DNA from: an uncultured Pirellulales bacterium
GTDB lineage: Bacteria > Planctomycetota > Phycisphaerae > Sedimentisphaerales > CAYZTY01
DNA: 64,000 bases
Direction of reading: 5' to 3'
NCBI GenBank assembly: GCA_964444665.1
Contig: CAYUIE010000012.1
Location: 31,317-95,316, forward strand
The notes beneath the pieces were generated by a model. That model was not told the origin of the DNA. It made no database searches and saw only the letters and a program-made list of their open reading frames with translations. Position 1 is the first letter of the stretch. Each line of letters opens with the position of its first letter. The position numbers and the translations under genes were made by a program. Shown in pieces: positions 1 through 9,339 of this stretch.

Positions 1-1854
1 GAGCATCGACAATGTTATGACCGGCTCGTGAGTGTTTTTGATGAGCTGGCCCAGATTTTTACAGGCGAAAAGATGACGGTCGAAGAGTATCTGTCAATTG
101 TTGAAAGTGCTTTTACAAATATGACTTTGGCCTTTATACCGCCGCGATTAGAGGAGGTCCTGGTAGGCTCTATCGAGCGGAGCCGACATCCTGAATTAAA
201 AGTCGTGTTTCTGATTGGCGCCTCGCAGAAGCGGTTTCCCGTGCCGATGCGTCCTGAGGGCATAATAACAGACCAGGACCGTATAACAGCCGGGAAAAAA
301 GAGCTATTGCTGGCTGAGACGGTTGAACAACAATTAATCACCCGGCAATACCTGGCATACATAGCGTTTACAAGGGCATCACAACTGCTTTACATAACTT
401 ATCCGCTGGCAGACGAAAAAGGAAACGCCCTTGCCCCGTCGGATTTCCTGGCGGATGTTGAATCACTGTTTGAGAATTTCTCGGAAGAATTCTTCGAGGC
501 CGAAGATTACACTTTGGATAAAGTTCACAGCGAGGCCGAACTAACAGATTTGCTCTGTACGAAGTTAGGCTGGGATGCCGCAAATGTATCAACCCAGCTT
601 GACGGACTACCAACAGCACTTAGTGAAGACAAGCAGCTTGCCCATACAGGTAAAACGGTTTGTTATGCAATAAATTATGACAACACGGCCCGGCTGGATA
701 AAAAGCTTGTCGATGAACAATTAACGGGCGTTATTAGAAAATCAATTACCGAACTGGCCAGCTTCGCAGCTTGTCCATATCAGCACTTTTCTAAATATAC
801 TTTGGGCCTTAAAAGCAGGAAAGTATTCAAACTCGAACCTTTAGACTTAGGTATTTTTTACCACAACATCCTGGATGGTCTGACCAAACGGCTCAGAGAA
901 GAAGGTAAAGATTTCGCAACGACGAGAGACAATGATCTGCTGGCTTTTCTGCATACTGAAATAACCAAACGGCTAACGTCAGATTCCTTCATATCCACTT
1001 TTACAGGGCATTCGGCCCATAATGCATTTATCGTCGATTCCGCCAGTAGAAATCTCGAGGATTGCGTCCTGGCAATCGCACAGATGGCGCGGGCCGGCAA
1101 ATTTCAGACGGTAGAAACGGAACTCACCTTCGGCGAGGCGAGCGAAGGACTTGGTCAATTCGAGTTGCTGCTGTCGAATAATCGCAGGCTGTATCTGCGC
1201 GGCAAGATCGATAGACTCGATACCGGCAGTGTCGGTGGAAAAAACCTTGCTTTGGTCTTTGACTACAAGCGCAGCAGCCGAGGATTTAACTGGGCACAGT
1301 TTCTCCACGGCCTGGATTTGCAACTGCCGGCATATTTGCTTGTATTGAGAAACAAAAGTATTGGCAAGGCTAAGGAACTGCAGCCGGCGGGAGGCTTTTA
1401 TATCCCGATTGAGGTCAAGCCCGAGGCTGGGGAGGCAATAGAGATTGAAGGACAGGCGGAGAAATTCAAGCATAAAGCAAGGGGAATAGTGAACGGCGAA
1501 TTTACCGAACTGCTTGACGGAAGTACTACATCGGGATGGAGCAAATTCTACAATATGCCATTTACAAAAAGTAGCGGACCGTATGGTTACTACAATAATA
1601 GCGGTGTGCTGAAGCCGGAAGACTTTGAGATGATTTTGAAATTCACTGAAACGAAAATAACAAAGCTGGCAGAGGAAAGTATTTCGGGCAAAATCGATGT
1701 CAATCCTTATCGGCTGAGGGACCACTCGCCGTGCAGGTGGTGCGAGTATCGGGCCGTATGCCGATTCGAATGGCCGATAAACGACTATAACAATCTGGAA
1801 GCCGTAAGTAAGGAGCAGGTGCTTGAAATGATTGGCGCGGGCAATGGCAGCTAA
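1..1854 (+). CDS. addB: AddB/RexB-type helicase-nuclease subunit B, C-terminal part (5' end outside window)
   Basis: The frame is open from nt 1, with no stop before the GTG at 28, so the gene is cut by the window edge. The C-terminal PD-(D/E)XK nuclease region has four Cys spaced like the AddB Fe-S cluster (CPYQHF ... CRWCEYRAVC). A GKIDRLD motif is present. The 3' end overlaps the following addA. Confidence 0.8.
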   Translation, partial: EHRQCYDRLVSVFDELAQIFTGEKMTVEEYLSIVESAFTNMTLAFIPPRLEEVLVGSIERSRHPELKVVFLIGASQKRFPVPMRPEGIITDQDRITAGKKELLLAETVEQQLITRQYLAYIAFTRASQLLYITYPLADEKGNALAPSDFLADVESLFENFSEEFFEAEDYTLDKVHSEAELTDLLCTKLGWDAANVSTQLDGLPTALSEDKQLAHTGKTVCYAINYDNTARLDKKLVDEQLTGVIRKSITELASFAACPYQHFSKYTLGLKSRKVFKLEPLDLGIFYHNILDGLTKRLREEGKDFATTRDNDLLAFLHTEITKRLTSDSFISTFTGHSAHNAFIVDSASRNLEDCVLAIAQMARAGKFQTVETELTFGEASEGLGQFELLLSNNRRLYLRGKIDRLDTGSVGGKNLALVFDYKRSSRGFNWAQFLHGLDLQLPAYLLVLRNKSIGKAKELQPAGGFYIPIEVKPEAGEAIEIEGQAEKFKHKARGIVNGEFTELLDGSTTSGWSKFYNMPFTKSSGPYGYYNNSGVLKPEDFEMILKFTETKITKLAEESISGKIDVNPYRLRDHSPCRWCEYRAVCRFEWPINDYNNLEAVSKEQVLEMIGAGNGS

Positions 1855-4800
1855 AAGTAATAAATGGACAGAGCAGCAGCGAAAGGCAATTAAGGAGCGC
1901 GGGCGGGGTGTGTACGTAAGCGCCTCGGCGGGTACGGGAAAAACCTCCGTGCTTTCGGGCCGATGCATCGACGTTGTGGCCGACTGCAAAGAGTATACAG
2001 ATATACGCGGCATACTGGTTTTGACTTTTACCAACGCGGCGGCGGATGAGCTATGCTCACGAATTGCAGGCCAGCTTAAAAGTGTCTTCGAGAATACCGG
2101 TGACTCATATCTGCGCAGGCAACTGTTGATGCTCGATGCGGCAAATATCAGCACAATACACTCTTTCTGCCATCGGCTGATTATTGAGCATTTCTACGAA
2201 TTAGGCATCGACCCGGCCTTCAAGATAATCGATGAAGATGAACAAAGACTGCTAAAATCAACAATGCTTGACGAAACTATCGAATGGGCCTGGGCACAAA
2301 GCAACCTGGCTGCGAGGCTTCAGCAGTTTTTGTACCAGCGAAATATCCGGGGCACGATGGGCAATTTTCTAAACACAATAACCGAGCTGAGCAATTTTCT
2401 GAATGGCGTGGTGTGGCGAGAAAACTGGTACGATAAAGCGACGGCCTTTGCCGAGAGCTCGGCAAGGCTCGCCCCGGAAGCGGCCGAGATGCAAAAGCAA
2501 ATTATCCTGGACCGATTAGAGCATTGCCTTGCACAACTAAACTTTGCGAAGGGGCTCGAGCAGAAACTGTGCGGAGAAGAAATATGGGCGGCGAAAATAG
2601 AAAGCCACTACATAAAGCCCTTTAGAAAATGCGCAGCATTCATCAAAGAAAATAAATTCAATGAGTGCGCCGAAGAGATAAAAAACTTCAAAGCTACGAC
2701 TTTAAGGCGCTACGAAGATATGTCTGAGGAGTCGGCTGATACCATAAAAGAGCCGATTAATAAGGCAAAGAAAAGTTTCCGCAGTTTAAGAGAGTTCGCA
2801 ATTATGAATCCGGATTACGTGCGGATAGTCGGCCCGACGGCAAGACAGCAAATACAAGTGATGATTGAGCTTGTTAAGGAATTCGGCAGGCGATATACGC
2901 AGGCCAAGCGAGCAGCTAACTGTATGGATTTTGCGGACCTCGAGCATTATGCACTTAGACTTTTAACCGCAGAGGATTCAGGCATTGACGCGCCGCGGGC
3001 CTCCGAGACGGCGATGCGGCTTCGGGCCAGATACAAATACATATTTGTCGACGAGTACCAGGACATCAACGCAGTTCAACAGGAAATCCTAAAACGAGTC
3101 AGCGACGGACGGAATCTGTTTGCAGTCGGCGATGTCAAGCAGAGTATTTACGCCTTTCGCGGCGCGGTGCCGGAGATTTTTCTTAAGCAGTTGGCCGGGG
3201 CTTGCCCAGAACCAAAAAACGCCCAGGAGCATCTAAGAGTTGATTTGAATAAAAACTACAGGTCACGAGCGGAGATTCTGAACTTTGCAAACAAGGTGTT
3301 CGGACGGATAATGAGCTCGGATATCGGGCTGGTCGATTACGATGATAAAACAGCACTGCAGACCGGGGCAAAGTACAAGCAGCTCGAGGAAGTTTACAAC
3401 ACCAGGCCGGTGGGTCCTGCGGTCGAAATACACATCGTTGAAAAGCAACGAGGGGCCAACGGCGGCGCCGAAGAAAACGAAAGCGATGACGCAACCGAGC
3501 CTTACAATGAGCCGCTAAACGCCATTGATAAAACCCAAAGACAGGCCGTGCTAATAGCGGACCGGATACAAAAAATGGTGGGCGGCAAAACAGGCAAAGC
3601 CCAGTTTCAAATATACGACAAACAAAGTGACTCGTATCGTGATGTGCAATACCGCGATATTGCGGTCCTGATGCGTTCTCTCGTCGGCAAAGTCAACCAA
3701 TATGCCGAGACGCTGAGTATGGCAGGAATACCGGTCCATAGCCAGAGTTCCGTCGGCTATTTGACGGCCGCCGAGATAGTCGATTGCCTGTCGCTGCTCA
3801 AGGTGCTGGACAATCCGCTGCGCGATATAGAGCTGGCGGCAGTTTTACGCAGCCCGTTTTTCAAGTTAAGTGACACGGAGCTTGCAAAAATAAAAAAATA
3901 CGGACTGGAACAAACCGGGCAAAGAAACACGCCAGGATTTTATGAGTGTGTGTGCGAATATGCGAAGGCGGGGCCGGATAATAAGCTGAAGAACAGGCTC
4001 TCAGAGATTCTGGGCAGGCTTGAAGAGTGGCGGTCGCTTGCCCGGCGCGGTAGTCCGGCGGATTTGATATGGCAAATTTACCGTCAGACGGGGTATCTAT
4101 CTTTTGTTGGAGCGTTGCCGAACGGCAAGAATCGAAGGGCCAATCTCGTTAAACTGCACGACAGGGCAATTCAGTTCGAAGGCTTTGCAAGTGTGAAAGG
4201 CAGCTCACTTGGTCAATTCGTCGAGTTTGTGGAAAGACTAATGGAACAAGGAGGCGACTACGGGCCGGCGGACGTTGTCGGGCCGGAGGAAAACTGCGTT
4301 CGCATAATGAGTGTTCATAAAAGTAAAGGGCTCGAATTTCCGGTCGTATTTCTGGTCGGGCTTGAAAGCAAATTCAATACCCAGGATATCCGCAGCGATA
4401 TTCTCGTGGACGCCGACGGGACAGTAGGAATCCAGATTATAGAACCGAATTCCAAAAGCAAGCTCGGCTGCCTCGGCCATCAGATACTCACGGAGAGAAA
4501 AAGGGTGGCGACCGTTGCTGAAGAGATGCGAATTCTATACGTAGCGATGACCCGCGGGCGGGAAAGACTCGTTCTAACCGGCTCGACAGAAAAGAAAAAA
4601 GGCGAAAATATTCTGCGCAAAGGTGCCTTGTTATACCGTGAAAATATACCCGACTGGCAGGTACGCTCGTCTCAGTCGCCTCTGGAATGGATTCTCTACG
4701 CACTGGCGGGGCAACAGAATTTGCACAAGGCCTTCGAAACGGGAAGTGAAGACGGCTTGACCGACGAAAATCTTTTTGCTGTGAAACTATGGGGGCAGCC

Positions 4801-5632
4801 AGAACTGGAGCAATCCATTCATAGCGGGCAAGTATCACGAAGAATTCTTTTGCAACAAAGACCTAAGAGGGATAAGACAAGTCTTAAAGCAGTAAAATCC
4901 TCGGCGGCTGTACAAGAGAAGCTCTCGATAGTAAAGGCCTCACTTGGGTGGCAATACCCATTCAGCAACTCAATCAAGTTGAAAGCGAAGGAATCCGTAA
5001 GCCGACTTACACACTCCGGCGACGAATTCTTCCTGAAGGATTATTCGAAGGCGCTGGAGCGCAGGCCTGCAAGTGTGGAAGTTCAGCTCGAGGCGGGCGG
5101 ATTAGTCGACCCTAAACTCATAGGTTCAGCCACACATCGTGTTATGGAAAAGCTTGATTTAGCCAAGCCGATTACAACGGCGGTAGTCGATAAAACCATC
5201 AAAAAGCTGCTATCAAAAAGCGAAATTAGCGAGACTGTTTCGGAGAGAATCGACGTTGACTCTATAGTCAGATTTTTTGAAAGCGAACCCGGCAAAATAG
5301 TACTTAAATGGCCTGAGCGGGTTTTAAGGGAATGGCCGTTTACTTTCGCAGTGCAGGCCGCCCAGCCCAGTGAAGCAAACAATGACGGGCAGAATGAGGA
5401 CATCGTTATCATCCAGGGCATAATCGATATGTTATTGCAAACTCCAGCGGGTCTTGTCGTCGTCGACTTCAAGACCGACCGTATCAGGGCCGAGCAGGTG
5501 GACCTGCGCGCGCAGCTTTACGCGAAACAAATAGACCTTTACGGCCGGGCGGCAGAGGCGATATTAAAGTCTAAATTGACAAGCAAGTGGCTGTATTTTC
5601 TCGGGCCAGGCTGCGCCAGGCAGTTAAAATAG
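1844..5632 (+). CDS. addA: AddA/RecB-like ATP-dependent helicase-nuclease subunit A (UvrD/Rep superfamily 1)
   Basis: Walker A is ASAGTGKTSVL and motif II is VDEYQDIN. MSVHKSKGLEFPVVF and YVAMTRGRERL are helicase motifs V/VI. The C-terminal nuclease motif is GIIDML...VVVDFKTD. ATG at 1844 is preferred; the TTG at 1832 is an alternative. The gene overlaps the addB stop. Confidence 0.85.
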   Translation: MAAKSNKWTEQQRKAIKERGRGVYVSASAGTGKTSVLSGRCIDVVADCKEYTDIRGILVLTFTNAAADELCSRIAGQLKSVFENTGDSYLRRQLLMLDAANISTIHSFCHRLIIEHFYELGIDPAFKIIDEDEQRLLKSTMLDETIEWAWAQSNLAARLQQFLYQRNIRGTMGNFLNTITELSNFLNGVVWRENWYDKATAFAESSARLAPEAAEMQKQIILDRLEHCLAQLNFAKGLEQKLCGEEIWAAKIESHYIKPFRKCAAFIKENKFNECAEEIKNFKATTLRRYEDMSEESADTIKEPINKAKKSFRSLREFAIMNPDYVRIVGPTARQQIQVMIELVKEFGRRYTQAKRAANCMDFADLEHYALRLLTAEDSGIDAPRASETAMRLRARYKYIFVDEYQDINAVQQEILKRVSDGRNLFAVGDVKQSIYAFRGAVPEIFLKQLAGACPEPKNAQEHLRVDLNKNYRSRAEILNFANKVFGRIMSSDIGLVDYDDKTALQTGAKYKQLEEVYNTRPVGPAVEIHIVEKQRGANGGAEENESDDATEPYNEPLNAIDKTQRQAVLIADRIQKMVGGKTGKAQFQIYDKQSDSYRDVQYRDIAVLMRSLVGKVNQYAETLSMAGIPVHSQSSVGYLTAAEIVDCLSLLKVLDNPLRDIELAAVLRSPFFKLSDTELAKIKKYGLEQTGQRNTPGFYECVCEYAKAGPDNKLKNRLSEILGRLEEWRSLARRGSPADLIWQIYRQTGYLSFVGALPNGKNRRANLVKLHDRAIQFEGFASVKGSSLGQFVEFVERLMEQGGDYGPADVVGPEENCVRIMSVHKSKGLEFPVVFLVGLESKFNTQDIRSDILVDADGTVGIQIIEPNSKSKLGCLGHQILTERKRVATVAEEMRILYVAMTRGRERLVLTGSTEKKKGENILRKGALLYRENIPDWQVRSSQSPLEWILYALAGQQNLHKAFETGSEDGLTDENLFAVKLWGQPELEQSIHSGQVSRRILLQQRPKRDKTSLKAVKSSAAVQEKLSIVKASLGWQYPFSNSIKLKAKESVSRLTHSGDEFFLKDYSKALERRPASVEVQLEAGGLVDPKLIGSATHRVMEKLDLAKPITTAVVDKTIKKLLSKSEISETVSERIDVDSIVRFFESEPGKIVLKWPERVLREWPFTFAVQAAQPSEANNDGQNEDIVIIQGIIDMLLQTPAGLVVVDFKTDRIRAEQVDLRAQLYAKQIDLYGRAAEAILKSKLTSKWLYFLGPGCARQLK

Positions 5633-5668
5633 TGCTGCGCAGCGACATAATCGCAGGATTTCTTTGCA

Positions 5669-5707
5669 CCGTTAGAAAAAGTCCTGTGAATATTGATTTT
5701 CTAACGG
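5669..5707 (+). promoter_or_regulatory. Perfect 11-bp stem hairpin between addA and the K+ transporter gene
   Basis: CCGTTAGAAAA (5669-5679) pairs perfectly with TTTTCTAACGG (5697-5707) around a 17-nt loop. It lies 37 nt after the addA stop. Only a weak GGGTTT tail follows, so it may be a terminator, attenuator or processing site. Confidence 0.3.
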
Positions 5708-5768
5708 GGTTTACAACCGATGCTGTTATGGATACAATTTTTAGCGGTAATACCTGTGGCATGACTAT

Positions 5769-7550
5769 ATGAAAATATATTACAAAAGCAAAAAAGCGGA
5801 AAAGTTTCTAATCGGCATCAACATCCTGATAAGCGCGACGGTTGCAGCAACGTTTGTCGTGTTATACGGATTTGATAAGCCGTTACTACCAATAAAGGTG
5901 CTGTACGGCATTCAGATTTTCGCGCTTTTCTTTTTCGTTGCCGAAAAGCCGATTCGTGGGCTAAATGCCGTCTCGGTTAACGACTTTCTAATCGCAAACT
6001 GGTTTGAGATACCGCTTTTCCTTGCTTTAGTCGCAGCTATAGTCGGGGCGGGCAGGTGGTTCGGCAGGACGAATCCGGACCAGGTCCGGCTGGTAGCAAT
6101 AGATGTATATCTCGTCATCGAGGTCATCAGCAAAGTCTGCAGGAGCTGCGTCAACCTTGCCGCTACGGGCAGGAATCCCACCCAGACGCTGATTGCCAGC
6201 TTTCTGGTTCTCATTTTCACCGGGGCAGGTCTGCTCAGTCTGCCAAAATCAGCAAGAAATGAAAACCTTAGTTTCGTTGACGCATTGTTTACAGCAACCA
6301 GCGCGACCTGCGTAACGGGGTTGATTGTCAAAAACACGGGTAAAGACTTCAGCCTCATGGGCCAATCAGTCATACTGACGTTGATTCAGCTCGGCGGTCT
6401 TGGTATCGTTATCTTCGGCGCAGTCTTTGCACTGCTGCTGGGCCAGGCCCTGAGCCTGCGAGAATCGGTGGCGATGCAGGATATCCTCAGCGCACGAACT
6501 GTGGGGCGAATTGAGACTATAATAGGCTTTATTTTTGCCACGACCATCTGCATCGAAGCAATAGGTGCAGTGAGTATGTTTCGAATGTGGCCAACAGTGC
6601 CGGGCAGGATTAGTAATATAAGTCATCAGTGGTTCTTCAGCATCTTTCACTCCATAAGCGCTTTCTGTAACGCGGGCTTTTGCCTGGCCGGTGACAGTTT
6701 AATCGGATACAACCAGAGATGGGAAGTTTACGGAGTATTTTGTCCCCTGATAATCTTAGGCGGCCTGGGATTTGGTGTGCTATACAACCTGTTCAATGTT
6801 GCGACAGACCGTATAAAACGATGCATAAAGAAGCTGATAAATCCGATACGGGCGATTTCAACACAAACGCCGGAGCCCATACAACTGCAGACAAAAATAG
6901 TTCTGACGGTTAGTTTGGTACTCATTATCACAGGAGCCGCGGCCATAAAATTGTTTGAAAACGTAACAGGCCCCGCAGGCCAGGAAAACAGCAGCATTGC
7001 GACAGCGTTTTTCCAGTCCATCACAGCCAGAACCGCAGGTTTCAATACAATTGATGTATCTTCGCTGTCGGTCTCGAGTAAATTTATACTTATACTGCTG
7101 ATGTTTATCGGCGGCTCACCCGGCTCGACCGCGGGTGGAATCAAGACCGTTACATTTGCCGTGGTAATAATGGCCGCGTATGCGACCCTGCGGAAACGTA
7201 ATGAGGTTGAGCTCTTCAAACGGTCGGTCCGAATGGTGATTGTCGGAAGAGCAATCACAATTACACTGTTATTCGTGTTAATGCTTTTTGGTGTGGCGCT
7301 GACTTTGAGCATCACGGAAAGAGCCAGCGGCTTTATGATGTCGGATATTATATTTGAAACAGGCTCGGCCCTGGGCACTGTCGGGCTTAGCACGGGGATA
7401 ACACCGAGTTTGACAACGGCGGGCAAACTCCTTATCATTGCAACAATGCTTATCGGCAGGCTGGGGCCGCTAACGTTATTAGCTTCGCTGACGTTTAATC
7501 TCAGGCCGGCACGATACAATTATCCTGAAGAGGCGATAGTTGTCGGCTAA
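5769..7550 (+). CDS. trkH: TrkH/KtrB-family potassium uptake membrane subunit with an extra N-terminal membrane region
   Basis: Four pore-loop-like segments typical of the Trk/Ktr/HKT family are present: TATSATCVTGL, ISAFCNAGF, ITARTAGFNT and GSALGTVGLSTG. About 135 residues precede the usual first helix (SFLVLIFTGAGLLSLP). A TrkA/KtrA gene follows. Confidence 0.85.
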   Translation: MKIYYKSKKAEKFLIGINILISATVAATFVVLYGFDKPLLPIKVLYGIQIFALFFFVAEKPIRGLNAVSVNDFLIANWFEIPLFLALVAAIVGAGRWFGRTNPDQVRLVAIDVYLVIEVISKVCRSCVNLAATGRNPTQTLIASFLVLIFTGAGLLSLPKSARNENLSFVDALFTATSATCVTGLIVKNTGKDFSLMGQSVILTLIQLGGLGIVIFGAVFALLLGQALSLRESVAMQDILSARTVGRIETIIGFIFATTICIEAIGAVSMFRMWPTVPGRISNISHQWFFSIFHSISAFCNAGFCLAGDSLIGYNQRWEVYGVFCPLIILGGLGFGVLYNLFNVATDRIKRCIKKLINPIRAISTQTPEPIQLQTKIVLTVSLVLIITGAAAIKLFENVTGPAGQENSSIATAFFQSITARTAGFNTIDVSSLSVSSKFILILLMFIGGSPGSTAGGIKTVTFAVVIMAAYATLRKRNEVELFKRSVRMVIVGRAITITLLFVLMLFGVALTLSITERASGFMMSDIIFETGSALGTVGLSTGITPSLTTAGKLLIIATMLIGRLGPLTLLASLTFNLRPARYNYPEEAIVVG

Positions 7551-7612
7551 ATTCCGTCGCGCATATTGCCCCTCAGGTATCGCGTAAAAAAACGCAATAC
7601 GAGGAACGAATT

Positions 7613-8299
7613 ATGAAACGCTTTGCTGTTATAGGATTGGGCCGATTCGGTAAAAAGCTGGCCATCGCTCTGGCGATGAGTGAGGCTGAGGTTATCGCAA
7701 TTGACAAGGACAGGGCCATCATTGATTCGATACGGGACCAGGTAAGCCACGCGGTCAGGCTTGACAGCACAGATGAAGAGGCGCTGAAGGCACAGGGCGT
7801 GGATAAAGTAGACGTTGCAATCATTGGTATGGGTGAAGGTGGGTCTGCTTTCGAATCTTCGGTCCTTACCGTTGTGAATCTCAAACAATTGGGTATCCAG
7901 CAGATATATGCCCGGGCGCAGAGCCTTACGGCCGGCCAGGTGCTCTCGAGTGTGGGAGCGACGGAGGTAATCTATCCGGAAACGGAGTCTGCGCAGCGAT
8001 GGGCCTACAAGCTAATAGCCCCTCAGATAAGTGAGAAGATTGATTTTGCGCCCGGATACAGCCTGGCGAGTGTCAAGGCCCCGGCCAGCTTCGATAACCG
8101 GACGGTCGCGGATTTAGAACTGCGAAAAAAGTACAATGTCAACCTTGTGGCTATAAAACGCGGCGAGTCCGAAAAGGATAAAAAAAGTGGAAAGGCGGGT
8201 ATAATCAATGTTCCACTGCCGAACACCGTAATCTACGAGGGAGATATTCTGATGGTGGCCGGCTCCGATACGGACCTCGCAAAACTCCCGCAGGAATAA
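7613..8299 (+). CDS. trkA: TrkA/KtrA-type RCK regulatory subunit (NAD-binding N domain plus C domain, 228 aa)
   Basis: The N-terminal Rossmann motif is FAVIGLGRFGKKLA. The length and two-domain layout resemble KtrA. A GAGGA Shine-Dalgarno lies upstream, and the gene is adjacent to the TrkH/KtrB gene. Confidence 0.85.
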   Translation: MKRFAVIGLGRFGKKLAIALAMSEAEVIAIDKDRAIIDSIRDQVSHAVRLDSTDEEALKAQGVDKVDVAIIGMGEGGSAFESSVLTVVNLKQLGIQQIYARAQSLTAGQVLSSVGATEVIYPETESAQRWAYKLIAPQISEKIDFAPGYSLASVKAPASFDNRTVADLELRKKYNVNLVAIKRGESEKDKKSGKAGIINVPLPNTVIYEGDILMVAGSDTDLAKLPQE

Positions 8300-8428
8300 A
8301 AGATTATTACCACCTCCAGAAAAACCGACACCTTTGGCGGCGATTAAGCACAATGTCATACCTGCAAAATTTATCCCTAAGAAAGCCTGCCCCTAAGGCG
8401 GCGGAAATCCATAAAAGCAGAGTGCTCA

Positions 8429-8995
8429 ATGAAGACTGAAGAAATATTTGCAGATTTACCAAAGTTCGAAACAGAGCGCCCGCTTCTGCGGAAAATGAGC
8501 CTTGATGATATGGGGGATGTATTCGAATTTTCAAAAGAGCCTGAAGTTTTCAAGTTTGTCAGTGGCAAAGTGCATCAGACAATAAAAAACAGTAGAAAAT
8601 TTCTGAAGGAAATCTTTGCAAAATACAAGGCTCAGGAAATAATCACATGGGGAATTTTTCACAAGAAAGACAACAAGTTAATTGGCGACTGTTGTTTTAT
8701 CAAGTGGGATACTCAGCAAAAAAGAGCTGAACTCGATTATTTATTGTCGAGAGAATACTGGAATCAAGGCCTGACGACGGAGGTTGTCAAAGAAATTATA
8801 AGCTTCGGTTTTGAAGAGATGCAACTTAATCGTATCCAGGCAATTTGCGAGGTAGCCAACATTGCATCTTCTCGCGTTATGGAAAAAGCGGGCATGCAAT
8901 ATGAGGGAATACTTCGTGACTATATCCAACACGACGGTAAGCCTTTAGATATGAAAATCTATTCTTTCATAAGAAAAGAATGGCCTGTGAAGTAA
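8429..8995 (+). CDS. GNAT-family N-acetyltransferase (RimJ/RimL-like)
   Basis: The layout is typical of RimJ/RimL-type GNATs: TERPLLRKMSLDD at the N-terminus, WNQGLTTEVVKEII in the acetyl-CoA-binding region, and N.ASSRVMEKAGMQYEG. Confidence 0.8.
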   Translation: MKTEEIFADLPKFETERPLLRKMSLDDMGDVFEFSKEPEVFKFVSGKVHQTIKNSRKFLKEIFAKYKAQEIITWGIFHKKDNKLIGDCCFIKWDTQQKRAELDYLLSREYWNQGLTTEVVKEIISFGFEEMQLNRIQAICEVANIASSRVMEKAGMQYEGILRDYIQHDGKPLDMKIYSFIRKEWPVK

Positions 8996-9339
8996 AAGGG
9001 CTATTCATTCTTTTCGGTACTCTCTCGGCATATCAGGCCGGTTTTGCACATCCTCAGGCAAGGATAATAACAGGCGTAGTGCGGCTGATATCGCCCTTTT
9101 TTATATCTCTGCTTCCGCCATTAAATTTTTTTCGATTTTTTTTTATATTCCATAACTCTATTACATACAAACAATAATAAATACCCCAATTTAATAACTC
9201 TTATAATTAACAGCATTTTCTGTCTGTTGCTCATCCGATAATGGTCGATAATATTCAAATCGTCGAGTGGTAAGTCCGGAGATTGCCAAATTTTGGCGAT
9301 GTGGCAATTGGCTTTCTTTATAGCTTTTATTGAAAGGAT

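Noticed and set aside
979-2154. A 391-aa ORF antisense to addB/addA. Other long antisense ORFs occur at 56108-57034 opposite gltX, 6728-7519 opposite trkH, 44193-44792 opposite aconitase, 18140-18724, 28812-29372 and 11171-11725.
   Set aside because: Each lies fully inside a gene with strong family motifs on the other strand. Across addB the 391-aa ORF is codon-aligned antisense, so it is open simply where TTA/CTA/TCA sense codons are absent. The translations are low-complexity, Arg/Ser/Pro/Cys-rich, without motifs or Shine-Dalgarno sequences. I treat them as shadow ORFs. Ribosome profiling would be needed to argue otherwise.
5633-5768. I looked for a c-di-AMP (ydaO/kimA-type) riboswitch upstream of the K+ transporter.
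   Set aside because: The gap is only 136 nt. Apart from one ACGGGG it shows none of the pseudo-symmetric conserved segments of that class. I kept it only as an unexplained hairpin.
9283-9317. A sigma-54-like element TGGCAATTGGCTTTCT, and the TTGCCA-N13-TGGCAA inverted repeat, upstream of the OMP-like gene.
   Set aside because: The -12 element reads TTTC instead of TTGC, so the near-invariant G is missing. The motif sits only about 25 nt from the start codon. It may be an operator palindrome, but the evidence is too weak to call a promoter.
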